Assembly (NCBI RefSeq): GCF_006345805.1
Contig: NC_042999.1
Span: 6,200,001 to 6,264,000, forward strand
DNA from: Octopus sinensis
Taxonomy: Eukaryota
Direction of reading: 5' to 3'
DNA length: 64,000 bases
The notes under the pieces: generated by a model
Told to the model about the DNA's origin: nothing
What the model saw: only the letters and a program-made list of their open reading frames with translations
The model's database searches: none
Part shown: positions 34,155-45,554 of the stretch, piece by piece
Layout of the letters: each line of letters starts with the position of its first letter
How positions within the stretch are numbered: the first letter of the stretch is position 1
Translations under genes and position numbers: made by a program

Positions 34155-34396
34155 GTAAATATAAAAGAAGTACTTGGAGAGTATCATAAGTTGAAACCAT
34201 TCCTATCCGAGAAGAGCCAAGAAAATAGCAATTTCAATATTCTCTCTTTTACTTGTTTCAGTCATTTGACTGCGGCCATGTTGGAGCACCGCCTTTAGTC
34301 AAGCAATTCGACCCCGGGACTTATTCTTTGTAAGCCCAGTACTTATTTTATTGGTCTCTTTTGCCGAACCGCTAAATGACGGGGACGTACACACAA

Positions 34397-34451
<55 letters not shown>

Positions 34452-34674
34452 CGACAGGCTTCTTTCAGTTTCCGTCTACCAAATCCACTCAGAAGGCATT
34501 GGTCGGCCCGGGGCTATAGCAAAAGACACTTGCCCAAGATGCCACGCAGTGGGACTGAACCCGGAACCATGTGGTTGGTTAGCAAGCTACTTACCACACA
34601 GCCACTCCTGCGCCTATCTACACACTTTCCTCAGAAATTTACAAAGTAGAGTCAATAAAGAAATAGCTACTTAC

Positions 34675-34692
34675 GCAGGTTGATTCTTTTTC
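34675..34692 (-). CDS. UBTF: UBF-like 18-nt micro-exon: KKNQP(A)
   Basis: ttttctag acceptor, gtaagt donor, phase 2-2. Supplies the Pro that precedes the SAF motif of HMG box C. Confidence 0.78.
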
Positions 34693-35344
34693 CTAGAAAA
34701 AAGAAAATATTTCCAATTAATATGGTGCCATAATAATGTTAACACATTTCAACAATGTAAGAAAGGTTACAAGCAACAATGTCTTGTCTGATTCTGGCAG
34801 AGGGAAACAAATTTTTACAGTTTTATTCCCAATATTAATTTCTTGTGGGTCCCTTGTTGATAAAAGTGAGGTAAATGAACAGTCAAGTTGTTAGGCTCAC
34901 AACTAAAACATTGTCAGCTCAATCCCTTCATTTCACATGGCCTCAGCCTTCTCGACTGTCACCTAAGTACCCGGGGTAGCTCTCTCTCTTTCTGCCCTTC
35001 CACCTGCAATGTCCTGCTGAGAGAATGTCCATGTATGTACAGGCACTTAAAATACCAAGCAAAATCATAATACAAAAACTGTCCAGCCATAGCCACCACC
35101 CCTACCCCATCACACTCTCTCATCCCATGACTCACTGTCTCCTTCCTCTCCTTCTACTCACTCTCCTTCTTGTAGCATCTCATTGTTTTGTATTAATCAT
35201 GCATAATCTTGTAGCCTTGAGTTTACAATGATGTGATTGTTTATTTTTAGAATGAAATTGTGGGTTAGGTGTGAGAGGCTAGATCTGGCCTGTTTGAACA
35301 TAAAACAGAATATTTTGACTGGAGTTTAAATACTAAAGGGTCAC

Positions 35345-35982
35345 ATTATTTATAGTTGATGGACAGGTGTCTTCACCTCGTTTGTTGTTACCATAATGTT
35401 TCAGCTGATGTATTCTCCAGCCTTCATCAGGTGTTCTGGTGGAATTTCCAACCCAACCCTTTATATAACAAATGGGGGTACACTGTTCTCATCCCAAAGA
35501 CATGCTGCTGATGTTATTTTTCTGTTAGTATCATAGGGCAGCAAGCTGGCAGAATTGTTAGTGCTCGGAGCGAAATGCTTAGCAGTGTTTCATCTGCCAT
35601 TACATTCTGAGTTCAAATTTCACCAAGATCAACTTTGCCTTTCATTCTTTCGGGGTCAATTAAATAAGTACTAGTTATACATTATGCCTGTCTTTGTTTA
35701 GCCCCCTGTGGGCAATAAAAGAAATAAATATTATTATATTATATTGTTAATATTATAAGCACATGGATTCTAAAAATGATATTAACAGAAAAATAACATC
35801 GGCAACATACATTAGGAATGAAAACAGTCAAATAAAGGGTTGGGTTCAAAATTCTACCCGGACACCTGATGAAGGCTGGAGAGTACACCAGCTGAAATGT
35901 TGTGGTAACAACAAACAAGACGAGGACACATATCCGACCATTGTAAATAATGTACAGAATTCCTCATGTCAGAAATATAGAA
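35345..35982 (+). mobile_element. Family E locus 2 (inverted arms; SINE B in the centre)
   Basis: Inverted arm 35345-35522, forward arm 35788-35951, tail 35952-35982. CTGATGA-AGGCTG...CAGCT-GAAA in both arms. Confidence 0.7.
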
Positions 35983-36235
35983 TAGTATTACTAAAGGGTC
36001 GAATAATGAACAGCAGAATGGCCAGAAAATTCACTTGTAAAGTATTGGCCACAGCAGCTCCGTGGTAGATTGACCCCAAAACCCTACAGACACACACACA
36101 CGTTGTCTCAGTTCCACATCCAGCAGTTTCCATGTTACTCAAATCATTCATCTTGTGATTTTCTCGAAAAATAATCCTGAATTATTCTGTGATTGAAAAA
36201 TTAAAAATGTTTAGAAATAATTCAGAGATACTTAC

Positions 36236-36252
36236 TCTAATTTCAGTTGTTC
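36236..36252 (-). CDS. UBTF: UBF-like 17-nt micro-exon: EQLKL(E)
   Basis: Long pyrimidine tract + ccacag, gtaagt donor, phase 0-2. Confidence 0.78.
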
Positions 36253-36569
36253 CTGTGGAAAAAGAAAAAAACAAAAGCAAATGTTACAAAGCTTCTTTCA
36301 ATGAGATGACAAAATGAAAGCGAAAACGTTGGTCAGTTCAACTCTCTAACCCTTTAGTGTTCAGATTACTCTGTTAAATGTAATATTTTTTTACTTAAAT
36401 TATTTTTAATTAATCATGCATTATCTTATAGCTTTGAGGTTTCAATGACGTGATTGTTCATGTTTAGAATGTCAATGTAGATTAGGTGTGAGAGCCCTGA
36501 TCTGGTCAGTTTAAACATAAAATTGGTAGAAAACTTCGGCCGGATATGGCCAGTTTAAACACTAAAGGG

Positions 36570-37247
36570 TTAACATTCAGCATATTCTGTCAAATGCTTA
36601 TTTGTTCACATTGGTGTGACTTAATCCTGCATTAATCTCATAGCTTCAAGATTTCGATAATGTCACTGCTTATAGAACGACATTGTAGGGTTGATGTGAA
36701 AGGCTGAATCTGGCTGGTTTAACCCTTTTGTCACTAACCCAGCTGAAACCAGCTCTGGCTCTCAGTATAAATGTCATGTTTTCATAAATTCTGAATTAAA
36801 ATCTTCCACCCAACCATAGTCACGATTTATGTTCCTAACACTAGCTTAATGATAACTATGTTATTTTACTAAATGTTTTGCAATATTTAAAATTAATTGA
36901 AAGAAACACAGTAACAAAAGGGTTAAAGTTGGAGAGAGAGAGAGAGAGAATAAGGTGGGCCTTAACCCTTTTGATACCAACCCAGCTGAAACCTCTTCTG
37001 GTTCTGTAGTACAAATGTCTTGTTTTCATAAGGTTCGAATTAAAATCTTCCACCAAACCTTAGTCCCAATTTATGTTCCTAACACTAGCTTAATGATAAC
37101 TAAGTTATTTTACTAAATGTTTTGCAATATTTAAAATTAATTGAAAGAAACACAGAGCATCTCAAAATAAATACAGTAACGAAAGGGTTAAGCAAAACAA
37201 GTAGAATAATTGGACCAGATACGGTCAGTCTAAATGCTAAAGGGTCA
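36570..37247. mobile_element. F1 MITE interrupted at an internal TTAA by an F2-spacer-F2 composite (36719-37191)
   Basis: F1 sequence stops at ggtt|TTAA (36719) and resumes after TTAA at 37188-37191. Confidence 0.7.
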
Positions 37248-37480
37248 ATACACAAATAAAAAAAAAACTACAAATCAACACAAAAATGCCTTTCAGGTGG
37301 GTCACGTCTCCAAGAATAATTCCACAGACTTTGAGCCTGTATTTCAAGAACTCATTAAAACTTTAATATGAAAGGTAACCCATTTTTAATTATTACTTTT
37401 GATTGTTATTTGAGAGACAGCATCATTATTATTTAGTTTTACTGCTGGAATCAGTTTTACCTTTCACTGGTTTAAATATA

Positions 37481-38752
37481 TTAGGTCATCCCATATATAA
37501 TGCAGATTCTTTTATTTTTCAAAATTAAGATACACAAAGTTCTTTTCTCATCTAAAATATACTCCCCTTCATTTTTATACAATGCTCTTCCATCTATCTG
37601 GTAGACTTGCAAGGACCCTCTTCCAAAATTTCCTTCTCTGTGACGAAAATTATTCCTCCAGTACTGTACTGACCTCGTCAACAGAATTTATATTTTTTCC
37701 GTCCAAATGATTTTGAAGACTGCAGAATAAATGATAATCAGATGGGGCAATGTTCGGCGAATATGGTGGGTGGGGGTATTGTTTCCCACTCAAACTGCTC
37801 CAGCCTTTCGAATGTCATCCTCGCTGTATGTGGCTGGGCATTATCCTGATGGAAGAATACCTTTTGTCTTGAAAGCAAAGATGGTTGTTTTCCTTCTAGC
37901 ACTGACTTAAGCTGCTCACAGTAGATCTTCCTTGTTATCGTTTGGTTTGGGTTTAAAAGTTCAAAGTGGACTAAACCTTTCATGGTCCAACAAGCAGATA
38001 ACAACACCTTACGTGGGTGAAGACCTTCTTTAGCCTGGGGTGCCAGTGTTTCTCCTTTCCCTACTCACTATCTTCGGCGCTTGACATTTTTATAGAGAAC
38101 CCATTTCTCATCACCAGTCACTATTCGGTCCAAAAAAGGTTCATTCATGAGACGTGACAGCAAAGAAGAGCACACATTCACTCTCAGTGCATGATTAGGC
38201 TCAGAAAGTTTGTGAGGAACCCATTGACCCAATTTACTGACTTTTCCGATGGCAAGCAGGTGTCGATAAATGGTTGACTGACCAAATCCAAGCTTCTCAG
38301 TTAGATCTTCAAAAGTTACAATGGGATTTTGTTCCACCAGGGTTTGCAGGACATCCTCATCAAGCTCTACAGATCTTCCAGGATGAGGCCCATCTTCTAG
38401 GCTGTAGTTTCAGGCTCAGAATTTCTGGAACCACTGTTGGCACTGGCTTACACTTATTGTCCAATCCCCATATACTGCATTAATAATCTTTGCACTTTCC
38501 ATTGCATTGTTGCCTTTATTGAACTCATAAAGCAAAATATGCCAAATATGCTCCTTTGTCATTTCCATCATAGCTTTGGAAAAATAACTGTTAAAATTGA
38601 ACTGCACTCTTTAAAACTTGCACTAAGAATAAGTACAAGTTAAAACTACTACCTGCTTTTATAGCAAGTTGATGCAGGTAGTTTATCCCGTCCCCCTCCG
38701 ACTTTTAGTTCACGCAAGTGAAAAAAACCGCATTATTTACAGGATGACCCAA
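37481..38752 (-). mobile_element. Full-length (1272 bp) mariner transposon, frameshifted
   Basis: TIRs TTAGGTCATCC/TTGGGTCATCC with TA on both sides. Fragments WVPHKL, IVTGDEKW, HQDNAQPH, and C-terminal LPDRWKSIV...EGEYILD. Confidence 0.92.
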
Positions 38753-38919
38753 TAATACTTATGCACACACTGGTCTAAATATGTATGGTCAGATGCTAGT
38801 CTAAATGATATACGAATCATAGACTGGTCTAAAAAGAATTTACAACCAAATTTAAACTGCACATTCACACAATTGAATTTGAAAGGTATTAACAACAATA
38901 GAAAATATTAAGTACCTAC

Positions 38920-39012
38920 CTCTACCAATTTAGTATTTACTGATGATAAACATTCTTCGGGAGACAATTTACTAACGTACTCAGAAACTTTTTCTTGGTA
39001 CTCTATTCTTTC
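38920..39012 (-). CDS. UBTF: UBF-like exon: ERIEYQEKVSEYVSKLSPEECLSSVNTKLVE
   Basis: ttttttag acceptor, gtaggt donor, 93 nt, phase 0-0. Compare human KKDYEVELLRFLESLPEEE. Confidence 0.87.
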
Positions 39013-39464
39013 CTAAAAAAAGAAAAAATTTTTTTTAAATCTTCGCAACTATAAAAAATTCAGATGTGAAAGAAATGGGGACACTTCAATGGTCAAGTAA
39101 AAGTTACTGGTCTTTGGCGTTAAGAAGGGTATCCAGCTGTAGAAACTGCCAAATCAAGATTGGAACCTGGTGCAGCCATCTGGTTCGCCAGCCCTCAGTC
39201 AAAATCGTCCAACCCATGCTAGCATGGAAAACGGACGCTTAATGATGATGATGATGATGATGATGATAGTCACTGCTTCCATATAACCATAAAAGCCACA
39301 CAATCATAATTCTTTTACTTATAAATTCCAAATTTTTCAGCTCATTTAATAATAATAACAGACAAAAAACAATGAGAGATGAATGTCCCAGGAGATCAGC
39401 CGAATGGGGGTCACTTTATATCTTGTGGCCAAACATCAAATTATTAACAAAAACAGCAAATATA

Positions 39465-39996
39465 CAAGGTGTTCAAAAAGTCTCTCCGCAGGGAATTTTG
39501 CTAACCCTGCGCACCACCATGGTGCTACTTCAAGAATTTTATGGTGAATGGATTATTTCGAAGGGACTGTGGCCACCAAGATCACCTGATTTAACACCGC
39601 CAGACTTTTTTGTCTGGGGAGCACCATTCGAGTGTGATCGTTACCAGCATCGCCTTACTGGCACCTGTGCCGGTGGCATGTGTAAAAAGATTCATGCGAG
39701 GTCGTTGCCAGTACCGCCTAACTGGCTCCTGCACCGGTGGCACGTAAAATGCACCCGCTACACTCTCGTAGTGGTTGGCATTATGAAGGGCATCCTGCTG
39801 TAGAAACTCTGCCAGATCAGAGTGGAGCCTGGTGCAGCCATCTGGTTCACCAGCCCTCAGTCAAATCGTCCAACCCATGCTAGCATGGAAAGCGGACATT
39901 AAACGATGACGATGAGCAAGTAAAATATCAGTGTACAAGAATCACCCCTAAAACCATTAAATACATACTGTGCAGAGAGACTTTTAGAACACCCTG
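39465..39996 (+). mobile_element. Internally deleted Tc1/maT-type DNA transposon with a nested RTE tail (39620-39915)
   Basis: TIRs CA(A/G)GGTGTTC(A/T)AAAAGTCTCTC. WPPRSPDLTPPDFFVWG before the insert, SVYKNHP after it. Confidence 0.75.
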
Positions 39997-40046
39997 CATA
40001 AACAATCTCTCATGTCCCACTGAAACAGACAATGTTAACACTTTAC

Positions 40047-40188
40047 CATTTTACTTCTATTTTCATAATCTTCTTTCACAGCTGCTGGTAATTCATTGAA
40101 AATTTTACTAAGTCCTTTCATTCTGTTGGTGCCTTTCACATCAACAAGGAGATGGCTAGACATTTTGATAAACAATCCAAAACCATTA
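40047..40188 (-). CDS. UBTF: UBF-like HMG box B: (C)NGFGLFIKMSSHLLVDVKGTNRMKGLSKIFNELPAAVKEDYENRSKM
   Basis: ttttgcag acceptor, gtaaag donor, 142 nt, phase 2-0. Compare UBF box 3 NSYSLY...[21 protein letters not shown]. Confidence 0.9.
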
Positions 40189-40850
40189 CTGCAAAATAAA
40201 AATAAACAAAATTCTATGAGGTTGAACATAGCTTGCTGAATAAACACCAATGTATTACTGGTAATTCCATGTCTAATGGATGGATGGAAGCACTCCGTCG
40301 GTTATGACGACGAGGGTTCCAGTTGATCCGATCAACGGAACAGCCTGCTCGTGAAATTAACGTGTAAGTGGCTGAGCACTCCACAGACACGTGCACCCTT
40401 AACGTAGTTCTCGGGGATATTCAGCGTGACAGAGAGTGACAAGGCCGGCCCTTTGAAATACAGGTACAACAGAAACAGGAAGTAAGAGTGAGAGAAAGTT
40501 GTGGTGAAAGAGTACAGCAGGGATCACCACCACCCCCTGCCGGAGCCTCGTGGAGCTTTTTTAGATGTTTTCGCTCAATAAACACTCACAACGCCCGGTC
40601 TGGGAATCGAAATCGCGATCCTACGACCGCGAGTCCGCTGCCCTAACCACTGGGCCATTGCGCCTCCACTTTCCATGTGATTATAGCAATATGCTCAGAT
40701 CGGTTTGCTCTTTGATTAATCATTAGGTGTCTAAAACCTTTGGCATTCAGATTGCTTTTCAAATGCAATGCTTATCTTATCCACATTGTCTTGAAATAAT
40801 CATGCATTGACTCGTAGCTTCAAGATTTCAATGATGTGATTGTTTATACG

Positions 40851-41222
40851 TTATTTACATTCGACTGATATTTGTCCTCATCTTCTTTGTTGTTAACACA
40901 ATGTTTTGGCTGATATACTCTCCGGCCTTCATCAGGTGTCTTGGGGAAATTTCGAACCTGGTTTCTCATTCCTAAGGCGTAGTGGTTAAGAGCGCGGGCT
41001 ACTAACCCCAAGATTCCGAGTTCGATTCCGGGTAGTGACCTGAATAATAATAACATCAAAAAATACCTTAGGAATGAGAACCCAGGTCTGAAATTTCCCC
41101 CAAGACACCTGATGAAGGCTGGAGGGTACATCAGCCGAAACGTGTTAACAACAAACAAGATGAGGACAAATATCCATCAAATGTAAATAATGTACATAAT
41201 TCCTCATCTCTTAAATATAGAA
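40851..41222 (+). mobile_element. Family E: tRNA-headed element with inverted hammerhead-motif arms (Penelope-like architecture)
   Basis: Inverted arm 40851-40977, tRNA-like head 40976-41040, forward arm 41066-41190, unpaired tail 41191-41222. Confidence 0.75.
41104..41146 (+). ncRNA. Minimal type I hammerhead ribozyme-like motif (family E)
   Basis: GACAC-CTGATGA-A-GGCTG-(10 nt)-CAGCC-GAAA-CGTGTT. This copy lacks 3 nt at the cleavage site relative to sister copies; activity untested. Confidence 0.55.
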
Positions 41223-41432
41223 TCTCTTTCTCTCTTTTACTTGTTTCAGTCATTTGACTGCGGCCATACTGGAGCACAGCCTTTAATTGAGCAACTCGAC
41301 CCCGGGACTTATTCTTTTGTAAGCCCAGTACTTATTCTATCGGTTCTTTTGCCGAACCGCTAAGTAACGGGGATATAAACACACCAGCATCGGTTGTCAA
41401 GCAATGCTAGGGGATCAAACACAGACACACAA

Positions 41433-41446
<14 letters not shown>

Positions 41447-41510
<64 letters not shown>
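41447..41510. repeat. (TA)n microsatellite inside SINE A; similar tracts at 34405-34445, 25285-25312, 15590-15645
   Basis: Direct inspection. Confidence 0.9.
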
Positions 41511-41515
<5 letters not shown>

Positions 41516-42519
41516 CATACATATATACGACGGGCTTCTTTCAGTTTCCGCCTACCAAATCCACTCACAAGGCTTTGGTTGGCCTGAGGCTATAGTAGAA
41601 GACACTTGCCCAAGATGTCACGCAGTGGGACTGAACCCGGAACCGTGTGGTTGGTAAGCAAGCTACTTACCACACAGCCACTCCTGCACCTGTGTGATTC
41701 TTTATTTTCAGAATGACATTGTAGAGTTGGTGTGAGGGACCTGATCTGACCAGTTTAAACATAAAACAGGTAGAATATTTTGGGCCAGACATGGTCAGTC
41801 TAAATAGCAAAGGGTCAAATGTAGATTACTATGACTGAAAGCTTTCGGTGCTCTGACCTTCCATGGCTCAACTGGTTCTGTATTTATAGAGCAAGAGTAA
41901 TTAGCTTTGTGAAGGAGTTTGGCTCAAGAATGCAAGGTCACAAGTTCAATACCTGGCATGCATTGTGTCCTTGAACAAGACACTTTATTACACAGTGCTC
42001 CAGTCTACCCAGCTGGCAAAAATGATAGCACCTGTTTTGAAGGGCCAACCATGTCATATTCTGAGTCACACTAAATCTCACTGTGAACCAATGTCTGTGG
42101 AGTACTCGGCCACTTGCACCTTTGATCAACTGGAACCCTCGTCATCATAACTAATGAAGTGCCAGATTTAGTTGGCCAGGGATGTATCCTGGTCACTAAT
42201 CAAGTCACTCTTCATCTTTCAGTTGCAGACAAATTCTCTTGTAATTTTCGGTACTCATTGCTAACATCTGGTTGTAAAATAAAAGGCTCTGTCCAGGGAT
42301 ACAAAATATTGCCAGTAGGTGATCCAAACTTATAAATTACAAAGTGCGAATATTTTATTCATGACAACTCATTTTCACAGATCATAAATGAAATCAGTTG
42401 ATTACTTCAAATTAAGATTGTTGCACATTGGACTTTTATGAAATTATTAGCAGGCGTGGTTGTGTGGTAAGAAGCTTGCTTCACAACCACATGGTTCTGG
42501 GTTCAGTCCCACAGCATGC

Positions 42520-42940
42520 CACAGTCAAACCAATTCTACTAGATGGCTCAGAAACCTGGACGTTATCAAAGAAGCTTGAGAGGCGGTTGGATGGCACCTA
42601 CACTTGCCTCTTTATGAGAGCTCAAACTCTCTCGTGGAAGCGTCATCCAACCAAAGTACAAATATATGGGAAACTACCACCTGTGTCATCTCTTATGAAA
42701 GGTAGAAGAGTCCAGTTTGCTGGACATTGTTGTAGAGCTGAAAACGAGGTAATTTCTACTCTTCTCCTCTGGAAGCCATCTGCTCGCGATACCAGAGGGC
42801 GCACACTCTCCTACCTTGATGTAATCTCCAGGGATACAGGCATCCAGCAACAGGACCCCTGTAATGCCATGATGGACCGTGAAGTCTGGCATAACATAGT
42901 AAATTCCATTGTCTTGACCACGGTCGAACAATGATGATGC
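42520..42940 (+). mobile_element. RTE-X-like LINE 3' fragment nested in a SINE A (42450-43200)
   Basis: ILLDGSETWTLSKKLERRLDGTYT..RRVQFAGHC..LLWKP..GRTLSYLD..DREVW frame, short (ATG)n tail. Confidence 0.75.
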
Positions 42941-43249
42941 ATGGCACTTTGGGCAAATATCTTCTACTATAGCCTCAGGCCAACCAAAGCCTTCAGAGTG
43001 GATATGGTAGACAGAAGCTGAAAGAAGCCCATTGCGTGTTTGTGTGTTTTTGCGTCCGCTGCCATTGCTTGATAACCAATGTTGGTATGTTTATGTCCCC
43101 GTAACATAGTGATGTGGTACAAGAGACTGACAGAATAATTCATTCAACAAAACATTCTTCTAGGCAGTGCCCCAGCATGGCCACAGTCTGAGTGAAACGA
43201 AAGAAAAATGAACCCATTATTATTTGAGATAAAAGAAAAATATTTTTAC

Positions 43250-43365
43250 CAGCAAGGCTTCTCAGGGAGACCGGTCCTTCTAAGAAGCATTTTCTGTTCA
43301 AGTTTTGTGAAAAAAGGTTTCGCTGTAAACTCTGGGTGCAATTTTTTGTATTCCTCGGCTTCGTC
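43250..43365 (-). CDS. UBTF: UBF-like linker exon: DEAEEYKKLHPEFTAKPFFTKLEQKMLLRRTGLPEKPC
   Basis: ttgttatag acceptor, gtaaaa donor, 116 nt, phase 0-2. Matches the UBF box2-box3 linker (KHPE...LTKAERQL...GRPTKP). Confidence 0.9.
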
Positions 43366-45554
43366 CTATAACAAAATAAAGTTTTAGATTTACATTTAGA
43401 ACCATGTTGCAGAACTTAAAATCCTTCTTTTGTCAATAAATTATAACTCATTCCTCATCAGCTCTGATTTTGTGCCACATGAAATGTGCCAGTGCTGTGT
43501 AAATGCACCAGTGCCAATGGCATGTGATAAGGACCCAGCACACTTTGTAAAGTGGTTGGCATTAGGAAGGACATCCAGAAGCATAAACAGACAACTGGAG
43601 TCTGGAGAACTCCTGTCAAACAGTCCAACCCATGCCAGCATAGAAAACGGATGTTACATGATGATGATGATGATGAAATTTATAAGCTCACATTGTTGAC
43701 ATGTATTTTCATTTGCTGGAGCTAGAGGAAGGACCACTGCAGGATGGTCTTAGAATGGTGAGTGTGGGGAAAGTCATAAGCATGGAGAAAATTTCAGAGG
43801 GAAACATTTTAGGAAGGAAGGATTGGACACAGTGATAAACATACAACCTGCAGAAGGAACAAGAATGATGAGAGGAAGAGAGAGAGAGAGACAACAGGAG
43901 GATGGGAATGTCTGAGTGGAGGTAACAGGAATCCATTTACCTCTGAGGAGTAGAGGCCATTATATTAGAGAGAGAGGGAGGACGGAGAGAGAGAGAGAGA
44001 GAGCAATGGGTCAGAAGCTAAAGTGTAACAGTGATTTCATGCCAATCTGTCTGGTGGCCATTTTATGAATGCATTCTAAGACATTTAAATAGAAAATAAT
44101 AGCAAATCAGAAACTGAAGAATAAATAACTTTTTACAAACATTATGGAATTTACCAGACCATGTACAAATAAATGACAATTGGTTGCATTGCAAATTTTA
44201 CAAACTCATACAACAGCACTGATCAGAACCTGTCCTCTTTCACACTGGAACCGTCTTTTATCAACCAAGACCTTGTGCTGTTCTTGAGAAGACGACCCAT
44301 CAAGCCAAGTCATGGCAGATGGTGGTGTCACGCAAACTGGCACCCAATACACTCTCAGGAGTGGTTAGGAAGGAAATCCAGCTGTAGAAACCATGCCAAA
44401 TTGGACTGGAGTCTGGTGCAGACCTTCAGCTTACCCTTTTACCCCTGCATAACCCTTAAAATAAATTACATGTCTAAAGGAACTCCTCTACAAAAAGAAC
44501 TATATACTATATATTTTTCATATGTTTTTCATCATAGGTCACAGGGTAAACATCATATATCTTAGGCCAACAGGTTTTGGGGTCAGATGATATACTCTCT
44601 CTCTATATATATATATATATATGAATCCTTTAAGGTTACCATCAACCCTTAATTCCATCTTTCCGCCATTGTTCTCACCATCTACACCGGATATGCCCTC
44701 CTCCTCCCCCACCACCATTACGTGTGTCTCTCCCTCCTACCCCTCCCCCTCACATGCTTTCACTGTGTACTACCCTTCCCCCCCACCAAGACAAGCTGCT
44801 AGCGCCGCAGCTCATCAACCGCCCCACTGATCTTACGTTACCTCCTGTTTTGAATCTGTCACTGCCTCAATCCGACTATCTCCTTCCAGTCCCCTCCCCG
44901 CCTCGTGATATCCTACGTTTTTATTTCTTATGAACCTGCACCAACCCTTCCCTGTCATCATTCCTCCTTACCCCAACCTTCCCCACTGGTGCTTCCCTAT
45001 GTTACCTGCACCACCCCCCACTATCTCTCCCTCTCTTTTCACTGGTGGAACCTTCCTCAGCTGGTCCCCCCCCCAACTCAACTCTAGTAAAGCTCGAACC
45101 GATCGTGACCGATGCCAGACCCCCCGGCCCCTGTGCAGGTGGCACGTAAAAAGCACCCACTCCACTCGCGGAGTGGTTGGCGTTAGGAAGGGCATCCAGC
45201 CGTAGAAACTCTGCCAGATCAGACTGGAGCCTGGAGCGGCCCCTGGCTTCCCAGACCCCGGTCAAACCGTCCAACCCGTGCTAGCGCGGAAAACGGACGT
45301 TAAACGATGATGATGATGATGATGATGGCTGCCCCCTTGTTATCGAGTATGGCCATTGCACGAAGCTTAACTGTTATTGGTGCTGTGATAGAATGTGACT
45401 TTTTAACCCAGTTAAAGATCTACAATGTCTTGTACAGAATTGGAAACTAAAACCTTTACCGGCAATAGCCGGCTGTAGTTGTAACTGGGCTTCATGTACC
45501 TTTGCTCCTGCCAAATTACACTCTCTTCCACATGCCTGACAGTGGTCAGGTTGT

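Noticed and set aside
37500-37681. UBF-like exon from the 66-aa minus ORF
   Set aside because: It is the frameshifted C-terminus of the mariner transposase, inside the TIR at 37481.
40976-41040. Functional tRNA gene (Ser-like, ACT anticodon); likewise the heads at 22281, 27132, 33740, 61892
   Set aside because: No complete acceptor stem, and each continues into a multi-copy SINE body. These are tRNA-derived heads.
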